From Balanoglossus misakiensis (taxonomy: Eukaryota; Animalia; Hemichordata): DNA of 64,000 bases. The stretch's first letter is position 1, and each line of letters opens with the position of its first letter. The notes under the pieces were generated by a model. It was not told the origin of the DNA. It worked only from the letters and a program-made list of their open reading frames with translations, and made no database searches. Positions 52,962 to 64,000 of the stretch are shown here, in pieces. The translations under genes were made by a program, and so were the position numbers. The DNA is taken from assembly GCA_040954595.2 (NCBI GenBank), contig CM082594.2, forward strand, positions 5,897,862 through 5,961,861. Reading direction: 5' to 3'.

Positions 52962-55028
52962 TAGCTGTGTATTGACAAGTGCAACTTTCAGTATTTATTT
53001 TAGAGATGCCTTAGTCTATTCAGAATGTGTAGAACCACCAGATCAGTATCATGTTCACCTCCGGACCTTTTTCCTCGTGCGGTGACAAAATTCAATGTGA
53101 AATTTATTCACCATTTTTTAACAAAACTTGCAAGAAAAAGAAACAAAAATCGACACAAATTGTATATATATCATTGGAAAAGACCCATAGCTCAAATCAC
53201 GAAACACAGTTTGCTTTAAGCCGTTGTTAAAGTGTTATTTCTAATTTAATCTTTAAGATTTCTGCCATGCTTTGTTGATAATGATGTGCAATTTTTTTCG
53301 GAATCTTCCTGAATTTTAATTTTAAGAGATAGAAAATTCTTTTATTTTGGTTTAATGTTTATTTGAGTAAGGCGCCATTGCTTTGTGTAATATTAGCTTA
53401 AGCAGGTCTTACTCCTCGTGAAGTATATATAGTTTGCATATGTCACTTTTAATCAATTTGATTAAGAACCAAACTGGGCCAAGTGGTTCATTGTTGCATA
53501 TTTAATGTCACAGATCAATAGACATTTTATTGATTGAAGGGCACTCTGATTTCGCAAAGCTATTTATTCTGTGTACATCGAATCATTATTTGACACATTG
53601 TTTAGTAGTAGTAATGATTAAGTGTTTTTGTAAGATTTCCATAACAAAATACAAACTTAGTTTAAGAAAATGGAGAAAAAACACTTGAAGACCACAACAA
53701 CGTATTTATATACAACAGTTATTTATTAGACGAAAGTTTAAAATGCCAAATTTTAAGTAAGTTTAAAATCTTGGCGACTGATAGTAGATGTACATGTAGT
53801 AAAATTTAAAATCCAACAATACCTTTAATTATGATAGTGAAAATGTTGACCTATGCATAGCATCATGGTAATTAGTGATAGTAGAAGTTGTATATGATTT
53901 TGGTTACAGCCTTGGGAATGTGTTTGCACGATGCTAGTAGACGTGGTAAAGTGAATCTCGTCACACTTTAGGATAGAAAATCAACCACTAGGCAGCTTTG
54001 GTTTAAAGAGACTTTTGCAACACTTGGGCTTATAATTTCCCTTCGATGTATAATTCTGCATTTTGGTTACTAATAATACTGAACTGCTCACTATCTACTG
54101 GGTTTGTCATAAGCAGTGCAGGGACACGTAATTCGAGAGGAAGATGAAACCAGCAAGCTGCCCCATCAGAGTCTGCTGTTTAGTTTATAGCTACGGTAGG
54201 CCTAAGCTCCATCTCAAAACCGCCTTTAGTATAAAGGTATGATTGAAAAATAATAATAATAAATGGGTCCGAACAGCTTCCAACGTTTGGAATATACGGG
54301 TACGCAATAGTCTCAGAAGAGGTTTACTTATAAGATGCTGCCTCCACAAAATAACAAGAATTCAAAGTTTACATTTGAGACCAGATATCATTTAAATAGT
54401 CTACAGTCGTCTCCTTGTGTAAGAGCAGTTAGGGTTTATTTAGCATGAACGTTCATATTTGATGGGGTGTAAACAAGTAGCCGCGATTTCTTTTGCAAAC
54501 TAAATCTTAAAGTCGCTCCAGAAATGTAATAATTTTGAACATGGTTCTATTTGACGAGGATTGGATTTTCGAAAGGGTATGCATCTTAATCTAATTATAG
54601 TGGATGTCTGTCTGAATGGTCGGAAAGTTCAATTTTTTTATTGCATGTGCACAGTATAGTGTAGTATTTCGCTGGAAGAGGCTGGTTGGTTGGTTGTGGC
54701 TTAAAACTGAAAATGTGCTACATTTATGTCCGTGCACCAGTTATAGGTACAAGTTTACGTACTTGTCGATTTTCACACAATGTACGATTGAACCAGGTGT
54801 ATACCACATTGTGTCATATGACAATTTGCAGGTACGTCTAAACCCACAGTTTTAAAAGGTTTGAGACCAAACAGTGTACAATACACTTGATAACACTGAG
54901 TGTGGTTGTTAAGTAGTTACGTGTATATCTTTAAGCAAAACGCACTTTTGAGAATCACATTATCACAGTGTACATAAACGGAATTTTGGTGACTGCTGTT
55001 GTAAACCATTTTAAGCTTTGATGGTGGA

Positions 55029-55034
55029 AATAAA
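55029..55034 (+). terminator. Candidate polyadenylation signal (3' UTR about 2.1 kb)
   Basis: AATAAA followed about 20-40 nt later by a GT-rich stretch (gttgtcgtacggcgtggttt); another AATAAA at 54258-54263. Confidence 0.5.
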
Positions 55035-55108
55035 AAAGTTATCTTGCCAAGAACGTTGTCGTACGGCGTGGTTTAATATTTCAGTATAAAAGTGTCTTAT
55101 CTGCCAGT

Positions 55109-58100
55109 GAAAATTCCCAAAGTCGAAAAATTGTCATTTTTGGATGATTTTCATGAGCAATAACCCATGATTTTTTGTCAAAATCGGCCAAATTTCGAAA
55201 ATTCCCAAAGTTGAAAAATTGTCATTTTTGGATGATTTTCATGAGCTATAACCCATGGTTTTTTCAAAAAAATGAAGAAATTTTGATATTTCGCAAAGTC
55301 GAAAAATTGTCATTTTTGGATGATTTTCATGAGCTATAACCCATGGTTTTTTCAAAAAAATGAAGAAATTTTGATATTTCGCAAAGTCGAAAAATTGTCA
55401 TTTTTGGATGATTTTCATGAGCTATAACCCATGGTTTTTTCAAAAAAATGAAGAAATTTCGATATTTCGCAAAGTCGAAAAATTGTCATTTTTGGATGAT
55501 TTTCATGAGCTATAACCCATGGTTTTTTCAAAAAAATGAAGAAATTTTGATATTTCGCAAAGTCGAAAAATTGTCATTTTTGGATGATTTTCATGAGCTA
55601 TAACCCATGGTTTTTTCAAAAAAATGAAGAAATTTTGATATTTCGCAAAGTCGAAAAATTGTCATTTTTGGATGATTTTCATGAGCTATAACCCATGGTT
55701 TTTTCAAAAAAATGAAGAAATTTCGATATTTCGCAAAGTCGAAAAATTGTCATTTTTGGATGATTTTCATGAGCTATAACCCATGGTTTTTCAAAAAAAT
55801 GAAGAAATTTTGATATTTCGCAAAGTCGAAAAATTGTCATTTTTGGATGATTTTCATGAGCTATAACCCATGGTTTTTTCAAAAAAATGAAGAAATTTTG
55901 ATATTTCGCAAAGTCGAAAAATTGTCATTTTTGGATGATTTTCATGAGCTATAACCCATGGTTTTTTCAAAAAAATGAAGAAATTTCGATATTTCGCAAA
56001 GTCGAAAAATCGTCATTTTTGGATGATTTTCATGAGCTATAACCCATGGTTTTTTCAAAAAAATGAAGAAATTTTGATATTTCGCAAAGTCGAAAAATCG
56101 TCATTTTTGGATGATTTTCATGAGCTATAACCCATGGTTTTTTCAAAAAAATGAAGAAATTTTGATATTTCGCAAAGTCGAAAAATTGTCATTTTTGGAT
56201 GATTTTCATGAGCTATAACCCATGGTTTTTTCAAAAAAATGAAGAAATTTTGATATTTCGCAAAGTCGAGAAATTGTCATTTTTGGATGATTTTCATGAG
56301 CTATAACCCATGGTTTTTTCAAAAAAATGAAGAAATTTTGATATTTCGCAAAGTCGAGAAATTGTCATTTTTGGATGATTTTCATGAGCTATAACCCATG
56401 GTTTTTTCAAAAAAATGAAGAAATTTTGATATTTCGCAAAGTCGAGAAATTGTGATTTTTGGATGATTTTCATGAGCTATAACCCATGGTTTTTTCAAAA
56501 AAATGAAGAAATTTTGATATTTCGCAAAGTCGAGAAATTGTCATTTTTGGATGATTTTCATGAGCTATAACCCATGGTTTTTTCAAAAAAATGAAGAAAT
56601 TTCGATATTTCGCAAAGTCGAAAAATTGTCATTTTTGGATGATTTTCATGAGCTATAACCCATGGTTTTTTCAAAAAAATGAAGAAATTTTGATATTTCG
56701 CAAAGTCGAAAAATTGTCAATTTTGGATGATTTTCATGAGCTATAACCCATGGTTTTCTCCAAAAAAATGAAGAAATTTTGATATTTCGCAAAGTCGAAA
56801 AATTGTCATTTTTGGATGATTTTCATGAGCTATAACCCATGGTTTTTTCAAAAAAATGAAGAAATTTCGATATTTCGCAAAGTCGAAAAATTGTCATTTT
56901 TGGATGATTTTCATGAGCTATAACCCATGGTTTTTTCAAAAAAATGAAGAAATTTTGATATTTCGCAAAGTCGAAAAATTGTCAATTTTGGATGATTTTC
57001 ATGAGCTATAACCCATGGTTTTCTCCAAAAAAATGAAGAAATTTTGATATTTCGCAAAGTCGAAAAATTGTCATTTTTGGATGATTTTCATGAGCTATAA
57101 CCCATGGTTTTTTCAAAAAAATGAAGAAATTTCGATATTTCGCAAAGTCGAAAAATTTTCATTTTTGGATGATTTTCATGAGCTTTAACCCATGGTTTTT
57201 TCAAAAAAATGAAGAAATTTCGATATTTCGCAAAGTCGAAAAATTGTCATTTTTGGATGATTTTCATGAGCTTTAACCCATGGTTTTTTCAAAAAAATGA
57301 AGAAATTTCGATATTTCGCAAAGTCGAAAAATTGTCATTTTTGGATGATTTTCATGAGCTATAACCCATGGTTTTTTCAAAAAAATGAAGAAATTTCGAT
57401 ATTTCGCAAAGTCGAAAAATTGTCATTTTTGGATGATTTTCATGAGCTATAACCCATGGTTTTTTCAAAAAAATGAAGAAATTTCGATATTTCGCAAAGT
57501 CGAAAAATTGTCATTTTTGGATGATTTTCATGAGCTATAACCCATGGTTTTTTCAAAAAAATGAAGAAATTTCGATATTTCGCAAAGTCGAAAAATTGTC
57601 ATTTTTGGATGATTTTCATGAGCGATAACCCATGGTTTTTTCAAAAAAATGAAGAAATTTCGATATTTCGCAAAGTCGAAAAATTGTCATTTTTGGATGA
57701 TTTTCATGAGCTATAACCCATGGTTTTTTCAAAAAAATGAAGAAATTTTGATATTTCGCAAAGTCGAAAAATTGTCATTTTTGGATGATTTTCATGAGCT
57801 ATAACCCATGGTTTTTTCAAAAAAATGAAGAAATTTTGATATTTCGCAAAGTCGAAAAATTGTCAATTTTGGATGATTTTCATGAGCTATAACCCATGGT
57901 TTTTTTTCCAAAAAAATGAAGAAATTTTGATATTTCGCAAAGTCGAAAAATTGTCAATTTTGGATGATTTTCATGAGCTATAACCCATGGTTTTTTTTCC
58001 AAAAAAATGAAGAAATTTTGATATTTCGCAAAGTCGAAAAATTGTCATTTTTGGATGATTTTCATGAGCTATAACCCATGGTTTTTTCAAAAAAATGAAG

Positions 58101-61100
58101 AAATTTTGATATTTCGCAAAGTCGAGAAATTGTCATTTTTGGATGATTTTCATGAGCTATAACCCATGGTTTTTTCAAAAAAATGAAGAAATTTTGATAT
58201 TTCGCAAAGTCGAGAAATTGTCATTTTTGGATGATTTTCATGAGCTATAACCCATGGTTTTTTCAAAAAAATGAAGAAATTTTGATATTTCGCAAAGTCG
58301 AGAAATTGTCATTTTTGGATGATTTTCATGAGCTATAACCCATGGTTTTTTCAAAAAAATGAAGAAATTTCGATATTTCGCAAAGTCGAAAAATTGTCAT
58401 TTTTGGATGATTTTCATGAGCTATAACCCATGGTTTTTTTCAAAAAAATGAAGAAATTTCGATATTTCGCAAAGTCGAAAAATTGTCATTTTTGGATGAT
58501 TTTCATGAGCTATAACCCATGGTTTTTTCAAAAAAATGAAGAAATTTTGATATTTCGCAAAGTCGAAAAATTGTCATTTTTGGATGATTTTCATGAGCTA
58601 TAACCCATGGTTTTTTCAAAAAAATGAAGAAATATTGATATTTCGCAAAGTCGAAAAATTGTCATTTTTGGATGATTTTCATGAGCTATAACCCATGGTT
58701 TTTTCAAAAAAATGAAGAAATTTTGATATTTCGCAAAGTCGAAAAATTGTCATTTTTGGATGATTTTCGTGAGCTATAACCCATGGTTTTTTCAAAAAAA
58801 TGAAGAAATTTTGATATTTCGCAAAGTCGAAAAATTGTCATTTTTGGATGATTTTCGTGAGCTATAACCCATGGTTTTTTCAAAAAAATGAAGAAATTTT
58901 GATATTTCGCAAAGTCGAAAAATTGTCATTTTTGGATGATTTTCGTGAGCTATAACCCATGGTTTTTTCAAAAAAATGAAGAAATTTTGATATTTCGCAA
59001 AGTCGAAAAATTGTCAATTTTGGATGATTTTCATGAGCTATAACCCATGGTTTTTTCAAAAAAATGAAGAAATTTTGATATTTCGCAAAGTCGAAAAATT
59101 GTCATTTTTGGATGATTTTCATGAGCTATAACCCATGGTTTTTTCAAAAAAATGAAGAAATTTTGATATTTCGCAAAGTCAAAAAATTGTCATTTTTGGA
59201 TGATTTTCATGAGCTATAACCCATGGTTTTTTCAAAAAAATGAAGAAATTTTGATATTTCGCAAAGTCGAAAAATTGTCATTTTTGGATGATTTTCATGA
59301 GCTATAACCCATGTTTTTTTCAAAAAAATGAAGAAATTTTGATATTTCGCAAAGTCGAAAAATTGTGATTTTTGGATGATTTTCATGAGCTATAACCCAT
59401 GGTTTTTTCAAAAAAATGAAGAAATTTTGATATTTCGCAAAGTCGAAAAATTGTCAATTTTGGATGATTTTCATGAGCTATAACCCATGGTTTTTTCAAA
59501 AAAATGAAGAAATTTTGATATTTCGCAAAGTCGAAAAATTGTCATTTTTGGATGATTTTCATGAGCTATAACCCATGGTTTTTTCAAAAAAATGAAGAAA
59601 TTTTGATATTTCGCAAAGTCAAAAAATTGTCATTTTTGGATGATTTTCATGAGCTATAACCCATGGTTTTTTCAAAAAAATGAAGAAATTTTGATATTTC
59701 GCAAAGTCGAAAAATTGTCATTTTTGGATGATTTTCATGAGCTATAACCCATGGTTTTTTCAAAAAAATGAAGAAATTTTGATATTTCGCAAAGTCGAAA
59801 AATTGTGATTTTTGGATGATTTTCATGAGCTATAACCCATGTTTTTTTCAAAAAAATGAAGAAATTTTGATATTTCGCAAAGTCGAAAAATTGTGATTTT
59901 TGGATGATTTTCATGAGCTATAACCCATGGTTTTTTCAAAAAAATGAAGAAATTTTGATATTTCGCAAAGTCGAAAAATTGTCAATTTTGGATGATTTTC
60001 ATGAGCTATAACCCATGGTTTTTTCAAATAAATGAAGAAATTTTGATATTTCGCAAAGTCGAAAAATTGTCATTTTTGGATGATTTTCATGAGCTATAAC
60101 CCATGGTTTTTTCAAAAAAATGAAGAAATTTTGATATTTCGCAAAGTCAAAAAATTGTCATTTTTGGATGATTTTCATGAGCTATAACCCATGGTTTTTT
60201 CAAAAAAATGAAGAAATTTTGATATTTCGCAAAGTCGAAAAATTGTCATTTTTGGATGATTTTCATGAGCTATAACCCATGGTTTTTTCAAAAAAATGAA
60301 GAAATTTTGATATTTCGCAAAGTCAAAAAATTGTCATTTTTGGATGATTTTCATGAGCTATAACCCATGGTTTTTTCAAAAAAATGAAGAAATTTTGATA
60401 TTTCGCAAAGTCGAAAAATTGTCATTTTTGGATGATTTTCATGAGCTATAACCCATGTTTTTTTCAAAAAAATGAAGAAATTTTGATATTTCGCAAAGTC
60501 GAAAAATTGTGATTTTTGGATGATTTTCATGAGCTATAACCCATGGTTTTTTCAAAAAAATGAAGAAATTTTGATATTTCGCAAAGTCGAAAAATTGTCA
60601 ATTTTGGATGATTTTCATGAGCTATAACCCATGGTTTTTTCAAAAAAATGAAGAAATTTTGATATTTCGCAAAGTCGAAAAATTGTCATTTTTGGATGAT
60701 TTTCATGAGCTATAACCCATGGTTTTTTCAAAAAAATGAAGAAATTTTGATATTTCGCAAAGTCAAAAAATTGTCATTTTTGGATGATTTTCATGAGCTA
60801 TAACCCATGGTTTTTTCAAAAAAATGAAGAAATTTTGATATTTCGCAAAGTCGAAAAATTGTCATTTTTGGATGATTTTCATGAGCTATAACCCATGGTT
60901 TTTTCAAAAAAATGAAGAAATTTTGATATTTCGCAAAGTCGAAAAATTGTCATTTTTGGATGATTTTCATGAGCTATAACCCATGTTTTTTTCAAAAAAA
61001 TGAAGAAATTTTGATATTTCGCAAAGTCGAAAAATTGTCATTTTTGGATGATTTTCATGAGCTATAACCCATGTTTTTTTCAAAAAAATGAAGAAATTTT

Positions 61101-64000
61101 GATATTTCGCAAAGTCGAAAAATTGTCAATTTTGGATGATTTTCATGAGCTATAACCCATGGTTTTTTCAAAAAAATGAAGAAATTTTGATATTTCGCAA
61201 AGTCGAAAAATTGTCATTTTTGGATGATTTTCATGAGCTATAACCCATGGTTTTTTCAAAAAAATGAAGAAATTTTGATATTTCGCAAAGTCGAAAAATT
61301 GTCATTTTTGGATGATTTTCATGAGCTATAACCCATGGTTTTTTCAAAAAAATGAAGAAATTTTGATATTTCGCAAAGTCGAAAAATTGTCATTTTTGGA
61401 TGATTTTCATGAGCTATAACCCATGGTTTTTTCAAAAAAATGAAGAAATTTTGATATTTCGCAAAGTCGAAAAATTGTCATTTTTGGATGATTTTCATGA
61501 GCTATAACCCATGGTTTTTTCAAAAAAATGAAGAAATTTTGATATTTCGCAAAGTCGAAAAATTGTCATTTTTGGATGATTTTCATGAGCTATAACCCAT
61601 GGTTTTTTCAAAAAAATGAAGAAATTTTGATATTTCGCAAAGTCGAAAAATTGTCATTTTTGGATGATTTTCATGAGCTATAACCCATGGTTTTTTCAAA
61701 AAAATGAAGAAATTTTGATATTTCGCAAAGTCGAAAAATTGTCATTTTTGGATGATTTTCATGAGCTATAACCCATGGTTTTTTCAAAAAAATGAAGAAA
61801 TTTTGATATTTCGCAAAGTCGAAAAATTGTCATTTTTGGATGATTTTCATGAGCTATAACCCATGGTTTTTTCAAAAAAATGAAGAAATTTTGATATTTC
61901 GCAAAGTCGAAAAATTGTCAATTTTGGATGATTTTCATGAGCTATAACCCATGGTTTTTTCAAAAAAATGAAGAAATTTTGATATTTCGCAAAGTCGAAA
62001 AATTGTCATTTTTGGATGATTTTCATGAGCTATAACCCATGGTTTTTTCAAAAAAATGAAGAAATTTTGATATTTCGCAAAGTCGAAAAATTGTCATTTT
62101 TGGATGATTTTCATGAGCTATAACCCATGGTTTTTTCAAAAAAATGAAGAAATTTTGATATTTCGCAAAGTCGAAAAATTGTCATTTTTGGATGATTTTC
62201 ATGAGCTATAACCCATGGTTTTTTCAAAAAAATGAAGAAATTTCGATATTTCGCAAAGTCGAAAAATTGTCATTTTTGGATGATTTTCATGAGCTATAAC
62301 CCATGGTTTTTTCAAAAAAATGAAGAAATTTCGATATTTCGCAAAGTCGAAAAATTGTCATTTTTGGATGATTTTCATGAGCTATAACCCATGGTTTTTT
62401 CAAAAAAATGAAGAAATTTCGATATTTCGCAAAGTCGAAAAATTGTCATTTTTGGATGATTTTCATGAGCTATAACCCATGGTTTTTTCAAAAAAATGAA
62501 GAAATTTTGATATTTCGCAAAGTCGAAAAATTGTCATTTTTGGATGATTTTCATGAGCTATAACCCATGGTTTTTTCAAAAAAATGAAGAAATTTTGATA
62601 TTTCGCAAAGTCGAAAAATTGTCATTTTTGGATGATTTTCATGAGCTATAACCCATGGTTTTTTCAAAAAAATGAAGAAATTTTGATATTTCGCAAAGTC
62701 GAAAAATTGTCATTTTTGGATGATTTTCATGAGCTATAACCCATGGTTTTTTCAAAAAAATGAAGAAATTTTGATATTTCGCAAAGTCGAAAAATTGTCA
62801 TTTTTGGATGATTTTCATGAGCTATAACCCATGGTTTTTTCAAAAAAATGAAGAAATTTTGATATTTCGCAAAGTCGAAAAATTGTCATTTTTGGATGAT
62901 TTTCATGAGCTATAACCCATGGTTTTTTCAAAAAAATGAAGAAATTTTGATATTTCGCAAAGTCGAAAAATTGTCATTTTTGGATGATTTTCATGAGCTA
63001 TAACCCATGGTTTTTTCAAAAAAATGAAGAAATTTTGATATTTCGCAAAGTCGAAAAATTGTCATTTTTGGATGATTTTCATGAGCTATAACCCATGGTT
63101 TTTTCAAAAAAATGAAGAAATTTTGATATTTCGCAAAGTCGAAAAATTGTCATTTTTGGATGATTTTCATGAGCTATAACCCATGGTTTTTTCAAAAAAA
63201 TGAAGAAATTTTGATATTTCGCAAAGTCGAAAAATTGTCATTTTTGGATGATTTTCATGAGCTATAACCCATGGTTTTTTCAAAAAAATGAAGAAATTTT
63301 GATATTTCGCAAAGTCGAAAAATTGTCATTTTTGGATGATTTTCATGAGCTATAACCCATGGTTTTTTCAAAAAAATGAAGAAATTTTGATATTTCGCAA
63401 AGTCGAAAAATTGTCATTTTTGGATGATTTTCATGAGCTATAACCCATGTTTTTTTCAAAAAAATGAAGAAATTTTGATATTTCGCAAAGTCGAAAAATT
63501 GTCATTTTTGGATGATTTTCATGAGCTATAACCCATGGTTTTTTCAAAAAAATGAAGAAATTTTGATATTTCGCAAAGTCGAAAAATTGTCATTTTTGGA
63601 TGATTTTCATGAGCTATAACCCATGTTTTTTTCAAAAAAATGAAGAAATTTTGATATTTCGCAAAGTCGAAAAATTGTGATTTTTGGATGATTTTCATGA
63701 GCTATAACCCATGTTTTTTTCAAAAAAATGAAGAAATTTTGATATTTCGCAAAGTCGAAAAATTGTGATTTTTGGATGATTTTCATGAGCTATAACCCAT
63801 GGTTTTTTCAAAAAAATGAAGAAATTTTGATATTTCGCAAAGTCGAAAAATTGTCAATTTTGGATGATTTTCATGAGCTATAACCCATGGTTTTTTCAAA
63901 AAAATGAAGAAATTTTGATATTTCGCAAAGTCGAAAAATTGTCAATTTTGGATGATTTTCATGAGCTATAACCCATGGTTTTTTCAAAAAAATGAAGAAA
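55109..64000. repeat. 88-bp AT-rich tandem satellite, about 100 copies, truncated by the window end
   Basis: Unit GATATTTCGCAAAGTCGAAAAATTGTCATTTTTGGATGATTTTCATGAGCTATAACCCATGGTTTTTTCAAAAAAATGAAGAAATTTT; register recurs at 59341, 60661, 61981 and 63301 (1320 = 15 x 88). Confidence 0.98.

Noticed and set aside
52962-55030. AU-rich elements in the 3' UTR
   Set aside because: Scattered ATTTA motifs are expected at this AT content and form no clear cluster.
55109-64000. CRISPR-like array, or coding ORF at 55679-55882
   Set aside because: Head-to-tail monomers with no unique spacers, in a spliced eukaryotic context; the ORF arises from a 1-nt deletion in one monomer.

Overview
Animal genomic DNA, probably an invertebrate deuterostome (inference from intron positions and repeat types). 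The window holds one complete + strand gene for a natriuretic-peptide-receptor-type transmembrane guanylyl cyclase (NPR1/NPR2-like, about 1070 aa, coding span 10104-52961). Its 20 shared exons were traced by hand and join in frame. The key observation is that the gene has two tandem, intact, diverged copies of the large first coding exon (10104-10806 and 12309-13014). Each has its own ATG, signal peptide, upstream TATAAA and the same phase-1 donor (AGA A|GTAGGT), and either joins exon 2 at 30655 in frame. This is a variable-first-exon/constant-region layout like UGT1A or the clustered protocadherins, and it would give two ligand-binding domains on one cyclase. Other features: two GC-AG introns, a 2.2-kb foldback transposon with a 6-bp target-site duplication (TSD), three MITEs, several microsatellites, and an 88-bp satellite array of about 100 copies running from just after the likely poly(A) signal to the window end.
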